This document shows positions 19,719 through 30,777 of a stretch of DNA of 64,000 nt, in pieces. The stretch covers positions 1,604,596 to 1,668,595 of the forward strand of contig OZ220687.1 in assembly GCA_965116465.1 (NCBI GenBank), in the 5' to 3' direction. A program made the translations under genes and the position numbers. A model generated the notes under the pieces. That model saw only the letters and a list, made by a program, of their open reading frames with translations, made no database searches and was not told where the DNA came from. Numbering within the stretch: position 1 is the stretch's first letter; each line of letters begins with the position of its first letter. Origin of the DNA: Acidimicrobiales bacterium (lineage in GTDB: Bacteria > Actinomycetota > Acidimicrobiia > Acidimicrobiales > CATQHL01).

Positions 19719-20369
19719 CTACACCACCTGGTGCATCATGCTGGCCGCCAGGGCCGCCTGGCTCTCGTCGATGGCCTCCAGGACGGCGCGGCCGATCAGC
19801 TCCATCTTGCGGATCTGCTCGATGCGCGGCACGACATCGGCGAACTCGCCGCGGGACAGCAACTCCACGAACGCTCCGCAGGCGTCGGCCAGGCAGACGA
19901 GCATCACGTCGCGGGGCTCCGGGATGTCGTTCCCGAGGAGCACGCTCATCACGCGCATCCGCACCTCGCGGCGCGCCTCACCGTCGATGACCTCCGGGCG
20001 CCATGAGCGGAAGCGCCGCTTGGCGGAGTACTGCCGGCGCTCCAGGATCCCACGGTCGATCAGGCGGTCCAGCACTCCGGCATGGACGACGTCAACACGC
20101 GCCGCGGTCTGCTCGAGCCAGTGGCGGACATCGTGGCCCGGCGAGGCGGCGATCTCGGCAAGCGTGGGGTCGAGCAGGTCGTCGCCGACCGGCGTGGCGT
20201 CGATCAGCGTCAGTTGCTCCAGATCGGTGTCGATCCGGTTCTCGATGGCCAGGTCCATCAACACCGCGCCGGCGAGCCCGTAGCGCAACGACAGCGTGGG
20301 AATGTGCGTGAACGCCAGATCCTCGTCGCGGCGCAGCAGGAGGGTGACCTCGTCGACGATCCTGAGCAC
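19719..20369 (-). CDS. GPP34/GOLPH3-like family protein (paralog 2)
   Basis: C-terminal 216 aa of listed ORF 19719..21755. The in-frame GTG at 20369 is preceded by GGAAGGAG plus 7 nt and lies 23 nt after the nuoN stop. Confidence 0.7.
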   Translation of the reverse strand: MLRIVDEVTLLLRRDEDLAFTHIPTLSLRYGLAGAVLMDLAIENRIDTDLEQLTLIDATPVGDDLLDPTLAEIAASPGHDVRHWLEQTAARVDVVHAGVLDRLIDRGILERRQYSAKRRFRSWRPEVIDGEARREVRMRVMSVLLGNDIPEPRDVMLVCLADACGAFVELLSRGEFADVVPRIEQIRKMELIGRAVLEAIDESQAALAASMMHQVV

Positions 20370-20392
20370 GTCTCCGCTCCTTCCTGCCGGGG

Positions 20393-21859
20393 TCAGCCGC
20401 CGAGCCAGACCGTGGCGTCGTTGGTGAGCTCGACGAGCGGGCCGGGGAGGACCCCGAAGACAACCGTAACCGCCGCGCACACGGCCACCACGAAGCCGGC
20501 CGAGCGGGAGACGGCGGGACGCCCGTCGTCGGCGGGCGCCGTGAGGTACATCCGCACCACGAGTCGAAGGTACAGGAAGGCCGCCACCACCGCGCCCAGC
20601 ATCGCCATGGCCGCCAGCCAGTAGGAGCGAGCCTCCACCGAGGCGCCGATCACCTCCAGCTTGGCCCAGAAGCCGGTCGTGAACGGCACGCCCGCCTGTG
20701 CCAGCAGCAGCACCGTGAACGCTGCGGCCAGGGTGGGGGAGCGCTTGGCCAGGCCGTCGTAGGCGTCGAGGCTCTGGCGCCCGTCGGCGCCGCAGCCGAT
20801 GATCGTGACCACCGCGAAGCTGCCGAGCGCCAGGAATGCGTAGACGCCCAGGTAGAAGAGCGAACCGGCCACACCCGCCTCGGTCGCCGCCTGCATGCCC
20901 ACCAGGATGAACCCGGCGTGGCTGATCGACGAGTAGGCCAGCAGCCGCCGCACGTCGGACTGCACCACCGCCAGCGTGGCGCCGGCCAGCACCGTGAGCG
21001 CCGCGATGGCGTACACGATGGGCTGCCAGTCGGCGGCGTTGGCGCCGAGCGCGGCATTGAAGACCCGCAGCAGGGCGGCGAAGCCGGCCGCCTTCACGCC
21101 GGCGGACATGTAGGCCACCGCCACCGGCGGCGCTCCCTCGTACACGTCGGGCGTCCAGGCGTGGAACGGCACCGCCGCCACCTTGAAGAAGAGCCCCACG
21201 AGCAGCAGTGCCATGCCGCCGAGCAGCAGGGCGTTGGACTCCGGGCCCCCGCCGGCCAGGAACTCCGCCACCAGCGACAGCTTCGTGGACCCCGTGGCGC
21301 CGTAGAGCAGCGCCACGCCGTAGAGGAAGAACGCCGAGGCGAAGGCGCCGAGCACGAAGTACTTGAGGCCGGCCTCCTGGGAGGTGCCGCGGCGCAGGTC
21401 CAGCGCGGCCAGCACGTAGGCGGCAATGGACAGCACCTCCAGCCCCAGGAACAGCACGATGAGGTCGTTGGCGGAGGCCATCGTGACGCCGCCGGCGCCC
21501 GACAGCAGCAACAGCACGCAGAACTCCTCGGCGGGCAGGCCCTCCCGCCGCAGCGTGCCCGACGCCAGCACCGCCGCCAGCAGCACCGAGACGGTCACCA
21601 CACCGCTGAGGAAGACCGAGAACCCGTCGATGCCGATGGTGTCGGCGATCGTCGTGAAGGCGCCCCGGGCCGGGTCCTGGACCCTGATCCACAGCCAGAT
21701 CACCCCGCCGAGCGCCCCCAGCGCGGCCCCCGCGCTGAAGACCGTGGCGAACCACGGCGGCAGGCGCCGGCGCAGCAACGACCCGAAGGTCAGAAGCACC
21801 AGACCGCCGCCGCCGAGGAAGTACTGCGGCAGCAGCGCCGGCCAGTCCACCTGCGGCAT
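20393..21859 (-). CDS. nuoN: NADH-quinone oxidoreductase subunit N (operon 2)
   Basis: 488-aa NuoN/ND2-like membrane protein, last nuo gene of the second cluster. Confidence 0.9.
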   Translation of the reverse strand: MPQVDWPALLPQYFLGGGGLVLLTFGSLLRRRLPPWFATVFSAGAALGALGGVIWLWIRVQDPARGAFTTIADTIGIDGFSVFLSGVVTVSVLLAAVLASGTLRREGLPAEEFCVLLLLSGAGGVTMASANDLIVLFLGLEVLSIAAYVLAALDLRRGTSQEAGLKYFVLGAFASAFFLYGVALLYGATGSTKLSLVAEFLAGGGPESNALLLGGMALLLVGLFFKVAAVPFHAWTPDVYEGAPPVAVAYMSAGVKAAGFAALLRVFNAALGANAADWQPIVYAIAALTVLAGATLAVVQSDVRRLLAYSSISHAGFILVGMQAATEAGVAGSLFYLGVYAFLALGSFAVVTIIGCGADGRQSLDAYDGLAKRSPTLAAAFTVLLLAQAGVPFTTGFWAKLEVIGASVEARSYWLAAMAMLGAVVAAFLYLRLVVRMYLTAPADDGRPAVSRSAGFVVAVCAAVTVVFGVLPGPLVELTNDATVWLGG

Positions 21860-21911
21860 CAGCGCGCCGCCTTCTCTCGACCGGCGGGGATGTCGAGCCG
21901 GGCGGTGGCGC

Positions 21912-23458
21912 TCACGGCGCCGCCTCCGGCTCGGCGCCCTCGCTGCCGGCGGGGTCGCCGTGGACCTCCACGTGGGCCAGGAGGGCGTCCACCGAGGGCT
22001 CCATGCGGTCCAGGACCGGGCGCGGGTACACGCCCAGGAAGATGATCAGCACCAGCAGGGGAGCCAGAACGAGGCCTTCCCGCCAGCGCAGGTCCACCAT
22101 GGTGGCGTTGGCGCCCCGCGCGGGGCCGTGGAAGACCCGCTGGTAGGCCCACAGCAGGTAGATCGCCGCCAGGATCACGCCGGCGGTCGCCAGCACCGCC
22201 CACCAGCGGTGCGCCTCGAAGGCCCCCAGCAGCACCAGGAACTCGCCCACGAAACCGTTGAGCCCCGGCAGCCCCACCGAGGAGAGCATGACCACCATGA
22301 AGGTCAGCGCCAGCACCGGGGCGGGCCGCGCCAGGCCGCCCAGCTCGGCGATGGCGCGGGTGTGGCGCCGCTCGTAGATGTAGCCGACCAGCAGGAACAG
22401 CGCCCCGGTGGAGATGCCGTGGTTCACCATCTGCAGCAGCCCGCCGCTGAGGCCCTCGGTGTTGAGGGCGAAGATCCCCAGGATGATGAAGCCCAGGTGC
22501 GCCACCGAGGAATAGGCGATGAGCCGCTTGAAATCGGTCTGCATGGTGGCGACGATGGCTCCGTAGAGGATGCCCACCACACCGAGCGTGATCATCAGCG
22601 GGGCGAAGAAGCGGGACGCCTCGGGGAACAGGTACAGCCCGAAGCGCACGAACCCGTAGGTGCCGAGCTTCAGAAGGACCCCCGCCAGGATCACCGATCC
22701 CGCGGTGGGGGCGTCGGTGTGGGCGTCGGGAAGCCAGGTGTGCACCGGGATGAGCGGGACCTTCACGGCGAAACCGAGGGCGAAAGCCAGGAAGATCCAG
22801 CGGGCCGTGGTGGTGGCCAGCGACTGCGCCTCGGCGATCTCCACCACGTCGAAGGTGAGCGGGCCGCCGGTCGCGGCGGCGTGCAGGAACGCCGTCGCCA
22901 GGATTCCCACGAGCATCAGCGCCGAGCCGAACATCGTGAACAGGAAGAACTTGACCGCCGAGTACCGGGCGTTGCCGTGGCCCCACTGGCCGATGAGGAA
23001 GTACATCGGCACCAGCACGACCTCGAAGAAGAGGAAGAACAGCAGCAGGTCCAGCGCCGAGAACACGCCCAGGCAGCCGAACTCCAGCAGCAGCAGCCAC
23101 ACGTAGTAGGCCTTGTGATCGTGGCCCGGATCCACCGCCAGGGCCCCCAGCGGGAACAGCAGTGCGGTGAGCGCCAGCAGGAACAGCGAGATGCCGTCGA
23201 CGCCCAGCTTCCAGCTGATCCCCCAGGCCGCCACCCAGGTCTGGTCGACGATCATCTCGAAGCCGCCCGAGGTGACCGGGTAGGCGGCGATGATCCAGCC
23301 CGCCACCGCGGCGGCGCCCGACATGAACAGCACCGTCACGGGGCGCACCAGCTCGACCCGGCTGCGGGGCAGCAGCAGCACCGCGGCGGCGCCCAGCAAC
23401 GGCAGGACGACCAGCATCCCCAGCACGGGGAAGTCCTGGGTGGCGACGGCCGCCAGGA

Positions 23459-23462
<4 letters not shown>
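21912..23462 (-). CDS. nuoM: NADH-quinone oxidoreductase subunit M (operon 2)
   Basis: 516-aa NuoM-like protein (WLPDAHTDAPT) with a 4-nt overlap with nuoL. Confidence 0.9.
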
Positions 23463-25339
<1,877 letters not shown>

Positions 25340-25351
25340 CGCCGCCCACCC

Positions 25352-25654
25352 TCAGCCGCGCAGCACCGAGACGTCGTCCGCGGTGGCACCGGAGCGGCGG
25401 CGCATGATCGCCACCACGATCGCCAGCCCCACCACCACCTCGGCGGCCGCCACCACCAGGACGAAGAACACCGACACCTGGCCGCCCAGATCGGTGAGGT
25501 CGCGGCCGAACGCCACGAACGTGAGGTTGACCGCGTTCAGCATGAGCTCCACGCACATGAACATGATCAGCGGGTTGCGCCGCACCAGCAGGCCCACCGC
25601 GCCGAGCGCGAAGACCACGGCGGCGAGTGCCAGATACCAGCCGGTGCCGACCAT
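25352..25654 (-). CDS. nuoK: NADH-quinone oxidoreductase subunit K (operon 2)
   Basis: 100-aa, 3-TM NuoK-like protein. Its ATG overlaps the TAA of an upstream mini-ORF (TAATG). Confidence 0.9.
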   Translation of the reverse strand: MVGTGWYLALAAVVFALGAVGLLVRRNPLIMFMCVELMLNAVNLTFVAFGRDLTDLGGQVSVFFVLVVAAAEVVVGLAIVVAIMRRRSGATADDVSVLRG

Positions 25655-25663
25655 TATCGGCGC

Positions 25664-25750
25664 GCCTCCGGGGCCATTGTCAGCGTGCCTGCGGGGCCAT
25701 TGTCAGCGTGCCTCCGGGGCCATGGTCAGCCTGCCTCCGGGGGCCATCAG
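25664..25750. repeat. 23-bp tandem repeat, 3 full copies plus 1 partial copy, in the nuoJ-nuoK intergenic region
   Basis: Plus-strand copies are 25664-25686 gcctccggggccattgtcagcgt, 25687-25709 (1 mismatch), 25710-25732 (2 mismatches) and 25733-25750 (partial, 1-nt insertion). Confidence 0.9.
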
Positions 25751-26403
25751 CCGACCGCCTCGGGGGTCGGGTCCGGGACGGACTCGTCGTCGGTGCCGCC
25801 GGAGCCCCGGTGGCGCGCCAGGACCACCGCCCCCACGACGGCGACGGTCAGCAGCAGACCGGTCAACTGGAAGGCCCAGACGTAGTCGGTGAACACCCAC
25901 CAGGCCACCTGGCGGATGTTGGAGATGGGCTCGGGGCCGTCGCAGGCAATGGCCGCCGCCGACCCCTCGAGTGCCTTGGGCACGCCGGTGCAGCTGTCGA
26001 ACTCGGGCGCTACCGCCGCCGGCCGGCCCGTGGCCACCGTGTCACCGCCGAAGCCGCCGGAGCCGGCGGCGATGGCGAACAGCAGCGCCAGGACCAGCAC
26101 GGCCACACCCAGGCCGGCCGCCAGAGGGCGCTGGCCGCCGAGCGGCTCGGTGCGCAGGTTCTCGGCCCGGTCCACCCCCAGGAGCATGATGACGAACAGG
26201 AACAGCACCACGATGGCGCCGGCGTAGACGATCACCTGCACGGCGGCGAGGAACTGCGCGTCCAGCGTCAGGAACAGCACGGCGATGCCGAACAGGGTCG
26301 CCACCAGGGACAGGGCGGCGTGCACCGGGTGGCGGGTCACGATGACCCCGAGCGCGCCACCGATCACGATGGCGGCGCAGACCGCAAAGACTGCGATCTC
26401 CAT
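25747..26403 (-). CDS. nuoJ: NADH-quinone oxidoreductase subunit J (operon 2)
   Basis: ATG at 26403 (residue 51 of the listed ORF) shares 1 nt with the nuoI stop (TGATG) and gives 218 aa starting MEIAVFAVCAAIVIGG. It carries a Cys-containing insert relative to the operon-1 paralog. Confidence 0.85.
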   Translation of the reverse strand: MEIAVFAVCAAIVIGGALGVIVTRHPVHAALSLVATLFGIAVLFLTLDAQFLAAVQVIVYAGAIVVLFLFVIMLLGVDRAENLRTEPLGGQRPLAAGLGVAVLVLALLFAIAAGSGGFGGDTVATGRPAAVAPEFDSCTGVPKALEGSAAAIACDGPEPISNIRQVAWWVFTDYVWAFQLTGLLLTVAVVGAVVLARHRGSGGTDDESVPDPTPEAVG

Positions 26404-27029
26404 CAGGCCGGGGACTCCTCGTCGCCTGCGTCGGACCCGGCCCCCGCCGACTGCCCCCGCTCGGGCGGGCGCACCCCGTACCCCAACTCGGCCGACCAGG
26501 CGGCCCGGCCCTCCCACGCCGCCGAACCCGACGGCGACGTGGCGCGCATCCAACCCGACGTGTGCTCGTCGTCACCCGGGCGCCAGTCCTCCCAGGGAAG
26601 CTGCCGGGGGCGCCCGTCGTCGCCCACCAGCAACTCGTCCTTGGTGTAGACCGCGTCGTCGCGGGACGTGAAGGAGAACTCGAAGAGTTTCGACTCGGTG
26701 ATGGCCTCGGTGGGGCACGCCTCCACGCACAGGTCGCAGTGGATGCACCGCAGGTAGTTGATCTCGTAGACGTAGCCGTAGCGCTCGCCCGGAGCCACCG
26801 GGCTGTCGGGCGGGTTGTCGGCGCCGCGCACGTAGATGCAGCGGGCCGGGCAGACGCCGGCACAGAGCTCGCAGCCGATGCAGCGCTCCATCCCGTCCTC
26901 GTAGCGCCCCAGCACGTGGCGGCCGTGAAAGCGCTCGGGCTTGCGACGCTTGACAGTGGGGTACTGCGAGGTGACACGGTCCTCGAAGAGCTTCGCGAAA
27001 GTCACCTTGAATCCGCCGAAGAAGTTCAT
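26403..27029 (-). CDS. nuoI: NADH-quinone oxidoreductase subunit I (operon 2), with a C-terminal extension
   Basis: C-terminal 208 aa of listed ORF 26403..28067. ATG at 27029 forms an ATGA overlap with the nuoH stop. Motifs CIGCELCAGVCP and CIHCDLCVEACP are present. Confidence 0.9.
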   Translation of the reverse strand: MNFFGGFKVTFAKLFEDRVTSQYPTVKRRKPERFHGRHVLGRYEDGMERCIGCELCAGVCPARCIYVRGADNPPDSPVAPGERYGYVYEINYLRCIHCDLCVEACPTEAITESKLFEFSFTSRDDAVYTKDELLVGDDGRPRQLPWEDWRPGDDEHTSGWMRATSPSGSAAWEGRAAWSAELGYGVRPPERGQSAGAGSDAGDEESPA

Positions 27030-28252
27030 CGCTGCGCACCCCCTTGCGCCGGCTGCCCGGCGGCCTCCTCGTCGGCCTGCCGCTCCGCCCGCCCGGCCCG
27101 GACCGCGGTCCGCAGCAGCAGGCCGCCGGTGGCCAGCGCGGCCACGCTCACCACGACGACCACCGCCGCCGGCCAGCCCCGATCGCGGCCGATGCTGAGG
27201 GCGCCCAGGAACAGCAGCCAGCCCAGCGACAGCGGGATGAGGACCTTCCAGCCCACGTCCATCAGCTGGTCGTAGCGGAGCCGGGGCAGCGTGGCCCGCA
27301 GCCACACGAACAGGAACAGGAACGCCATCAACTTCACGAAGAACCAGACGATCCCCCACAGCCAGTCCGCGCCCTCGATGAGGATCGGGCCGTCGGGACC
27401 ACCCAGGAACAGCGTGACGATGATCGCCGACATGGTGATGACGTTCATGAACTCGGCCAGGAAGAACAGCGCGAAGCGGATGGAGCTGTACTCGGTGTGG
27501 AAGCCCCCCACCAACTCCTGCTCGGCCTCCACCATGTCGAACGGCGGGCGGTTCAACTCGGCGGTCGCCGCCACCAGGAACACCACGAACGGGACGATGC
27601 CGGTGACCCAGAGGTTCCAGTCGTAGCCGCTCTGGTCCACGACGATGTCGTGGGTGGACAGGCTGCCCGACTGCAGCAGCACGGCGGCCAGGGACAGACC
27701 CAGGGCGGCCTCGTAGGAGACCATCTGGGCCGAGGCCCGCACAGACCCCAGCAGTGGGTACTTCGAGCCCGAGGACCAGCCCGCCAGCATCACGCCGTAG
27801 ACCGCCATGGAGGACATGGCCAGCACCAGCAGGATCCCGATGTGCGGGTCGGCCACCTGCAGGTAGGTGGTGTTCCCCCACCAGCTCACCGTGCCGTCGC
27901 CGCTGGTGAAATTGCCGCCCACCGGCACGACGGTGAACACCAGGAAGGCGGGCACCAGCGAGAGATAGGGCGCCAGCTTGAAGACGAAGCGGTCCGAGCG
28001 GGCCGGGATCAGATCCTCCTTGAAGAAGAGCTTGACCCCGTCGGCCAGGGTCTGCAGGATGCCCCACGGCCCCGCCAGCGCCGGTCCGATGCGGTTCTGC
28101 ATGTCACCGATGAGCTTGCGCTCGAACCAGATCATCAGCATCACCGCCACCATCAGCATGGCGAAGGCGGCGACCACCTTGATGATCAGGATCAGCGCCT
28201 CATCGAGACCGAAGCCGCCGATGTAGGCCGGGTCCAGGGCGAGCACGTTCAT
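27026..28252 (-). CDS. nuoH: NADH-quinone oxidoreductase subunit H (operon 2)
   Basis: 408-aa NuoH/ND1-like protein with a 4-nt overlap with nuoG. Confidence 0.9.
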   Translation of the reverse strand: MNVLALDPAYIGGFGLDEALILIIKVVAAFAMLMVAVMLMIWFERKLIGDMQNRIGPALAGPWGILQTLADGVKLFFKEDLIPARSDRFVFKLAPYLSLVPAFLVFTVVPVGGNFTSGDGTVSWWGNTTYLQVADPHIGILLVLAMSSMAVYGVMLAGWSSGSKYPLLGSVRASAQMVSYEAALGLSLAAVLLQSGSLSTHDIVVDQSGYDWNLWVTGIVPFVVFLVAATAELNRPPFDMVEAEQELVGGFHTEYSSIRFALFFLAEFMNVITMSAIIVTLFLGGPDGPILIEGADWLWGIVWFFVKLMAFLFLFVWLRATLPRLRYDQLMDVGWKVLIPLSLGWLLFLGALSIGRDRGWPAAVVVVVSVAALATGGLLLRTAVRAGRAERQADEEAAGQPAQGGAQR

Positions 28253-30777
28253 GAGATCGGCGGCTCCACCCTGATCTCGCAGACAACGGCGTCGGCGTCG
28301 ATGAGCTCACCGGGATCGGCGCCGCCGGAGTTCACGGTGAGGGCGGCGACCGCCGTGGGAACCGCTTCGTCGGGGGTGGCCGTCACCGATATGGCCCCGG
28401 CCGGCGAGCTGACCCGAAGCAGGTCGTCGGGGCCGCAACCGAGACGTTCGAAGTCCCGCGGGTTGAGCCGGAGCGCGCCGGGCCGTGCGAAGTTGGCGAG
28501 CGACGGGCAGTTGGAGGTGACCGTGCCGGCGTCGTAGGTCCTGCGGTCGGCAACCAGCCGGTAGGAGTAGCGATCGAACGCCACCGCCTGCGCTGCGGGA
28601 AGCCGCACGTCGTCGAGGCCCAGCCGGCGCGGCGGCGGTCCGCCGTCGGTGGCGGCACCCGGCGCCGCGCCGTTGCCGGCGGCCACCGGGAGCAGCACCC
28701 CGTCGAGACTGGCTCGGACCTCGTCCCAACCCGCTCCCGCGTGCAGGGGCGAGAGGTCGGCCAGTTCGGCCCAGGCCTGCGGCGCCGAGGAGATCCCGAG
28801 GTCGGATCCGAGTTGCAGCGCCAGTTCGGCGGCGATCTCCCAGTCCCGCCGGCACTGCGGCGGCGGGGTGACCTGGCGGGTCTCGGCGGTGGCGCGACCC
28901 TCGATATTCACGTGCGTGCCGGCACGCTCGCCGAACATCACCGCCGGCAGGACCACGTCGGCGCGGTTCACCGAGGCGGTGCCGAAGGTGTCGACGGCGA
29001 TCACCGTTCCGACCCTCTCCAGCGCCCGCCGTGCCAGTTCCCTGTCGGGGAAGTCGGCCAGCGGGTCGGCTCCGAGGAGGAACAGCACGTTGATGCGGCC
29101 CGCGGCGGCGGCAACGAGGATGCCGGCCGCATCCGCGCCGCGCCGGGCCGGCACCGCGCCCCAGGCGGCGCCGTAGTGGGCCCCGGCGCCCTCCAGCGAG
29201 GTGCGCCCCGGCAGCAACCCCGGTGCGAGACCCGCGTCGACGGCTCCCGCGGCAGCGCCTCGCCGCAGCAGCGGCAGGAACCGGGCGTGGGGGAAGGCGC
29301 CGGCCAGGCGCAGCGCCGCGGTGGCGGTGGGGATCACCGACTCCGCCACCGAGCTGCGGCCGACGAGCACGGTCAGCGGATTGTCGGCGAGCAGGGGGCC
29401 GGCGGCACGCAGGTCCCCGGCGGCTATCCCGGCGAGAGCGGCGCCCTGGGGCGGATCCAGGATCGCCTCGGCGATCATGTCGGCGTCTCCGGGACGCACC
29501 CGCAGGGAATGGCGGGCCAGCGGCGTGAGGCTCCCGGCGAGCGGCGACATCTCCACGAGCGTCACCGCGCCGGAGTCCACGGCCCCCCGGAGGCGCAGGA
29601 AGAGGCTGCCGAACTCCTCTCTGAGGTCCCCCGCGATCGTCAGCACCACACCGCCGGGCCGGCAGGCGTCGGCGATCGTGGCCCGCGGCAGGGCGCAGAC
29701 CAACTCGGCCGGCAGGCCGTCGCCGAGTTGGGCGTCCACATTGTCGGTCCCGATGAGGCCCTTGGCCAGCTTCGCCCAGGCGTACTGGTCCTCGCTGCAG
29801 AGCCTGGCGCCGCCCACCACGGCCACCGAGGAGGGCCCGTTGCGACCCAGCGCCTCGGCGGTGGCCCCCGCAGCGGCGGCGAGGGCGGCCGACCACGAGG
29901 TACCGACGAGTTCGGCGTGGGAGCGCAGCAGGGGCTCGGTCAGGCGTCCCGGGCTGTGGACGGCCTCGAAGCTGAACCGGTCGCGGTCGGCGAGCCAGCC
30001 GTGGTTCACCGCCTCGGAGTCGACACCCTGGATCCGCAGCAGGCGGTTGCGGGAGGCGTGCACCGACACCCGGTCGCCGGTGGCATTGGGATAGGTCGAG
30101 GTCATCTCGGTGAGGTCCCAGGGCCGGGCCCGGAACCGGTAGGGGCGGGCGGTGAGCGCACCCACGGGACAGATCTGGACCGTGTTGCCGCTGAAGTACG
30201 AGTCGAAGGGTCGATCGGGGAAGGTGTTCACCTCGGTGTGGTAGCCGCGGCCCTGGAAGCCGATGAGCGGTTCGCCGGCCACCTCGTCGGCGAAGCGGGT
30301 GCAGCGGTCGCAGAGGATGCAGCGTTCCCGGTCGAGGTAGACCAGGTCGCTGATCGGCAGCGGTTTGTCGAAGTGGCGCTTCTCCTCCACGAAGCGGCTC
30401 TCCCCGGGGCCGTAGGCCATGGTCTGGTCCTGCAGCGGGCACTCGCCCCCCTTGTCGCAGACCGGGCAGTCCAGGGGGTGGTTCACCAGCAGGAACTCCA
30501 GCACGCCGTCCTGCGCCTTGCGGGCGGCGTCGCTGGCGGTGTCCACCACCATGCCCTCGCTCACCGTGAGCATGCACGAAGGCGCCAGGGCGGGGCCGCG
30601 GCCGGTGTCGACGTCCACCAGGCACATGCGGCACATTCCCACGGGCCGCATGCGCGGGTGGTAGCAGAACCGGGGGATGTAGGTGCCGGCCTGCTCGCAG
30701 GCGTCGATGAGCAACTGGTCCGCTGCGGCCTCGATCTCGGTCCCGTCGACGGTGATGCGCACCGGGGTCTCGCTCAT
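28249..30777 (-). CDS. nuoG: NADH-quinone oxidoreductase subunit G
   Basis: 842 aa. It has an N-terminal 2Fe-2S/4Fe-4S cysteine pattern (CYHPRMRPVGMCRMC, HPLDCPVCDKGGEC, CILCDRCTRF) and a molybdopterin-oxidoreductase-like C-terminus. Confidence 0.9.
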   Translation of the reverse strand: MSETPVRITVDGTEIEAAADQLLIDACEQAGTYIPRFCYHPRMRPVGMCRMCLVDVDTGRGPALAPSCMLTVSEGMVVDTASDAARKAQDGVLEFLLVNHPLDCPVCDKGGECPLQDQTMAYGPGESRFVEEKRHFDKPLPISDLVYLDRERCILCDRCTRFADEVAGEPLIGFQGRGYHTEVNTFPDRPFDSYFSGNTVQICPVGALTARPYRFRARPWDLTEMTSTYPNATGDRVSVHASRNRLLRIQGVDSEAVNHGWLADRDRFSFEAVHSPGRLTEPLLRSHAELVGTSWSAALAAAAGATAEALGRNGPSSVAVVGGARLCSEDQYAWAKLAKGLIGTDNVDAQLGDGLPAELVCALPRATIADACRPGGVVLTIAGDLREEFGSLFLRLRGAVDSGAVTLVEMSPLAGSLTPLARHSLRVRPGDADMIAEAILDPPQGAALAGIAAGDLRAAGPLLADNPLTVLVGRSSVAESVIPTATAALRLAGAFPHARFLPLLRRGAAAGAVDAGLAPGLLPGRTSLEGAGAHYGAAWGAVPARRGADAAGILVAAAAGRINVLFLLGADPLADFPDRELARRALERVGTVIAVDTFGTASVNRADVVLPAVMFGERAGTHVNIEGRATAETRQVTPPPQCRRDWEIAAELALQLGSDLGISSAPQAWAELADLSPLHAGAGWDEVRASLDGVLLPVAAGNGAAPGAATDGGPPPRRLGLDDVRLPAAQAVAFDRYSYRLVADRRTYDAGTVTSNCPSLANFARPGALRLNPRDFERLGCGPDDLLRVSSPAGAISVTATPDEAVPTAVAALTVNSGGADPGELIDADAVVCEIRVEPPIS

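Noticed and set aside
25664-25750. Whether the 23-bp repeat array is a small CRISPR array.
   Set aside because: The units are directly adjacent with no unique spacers. There are fewer than four full copies, and no cas genes lie nearby. It is a plain tandem repeat inside an operon.
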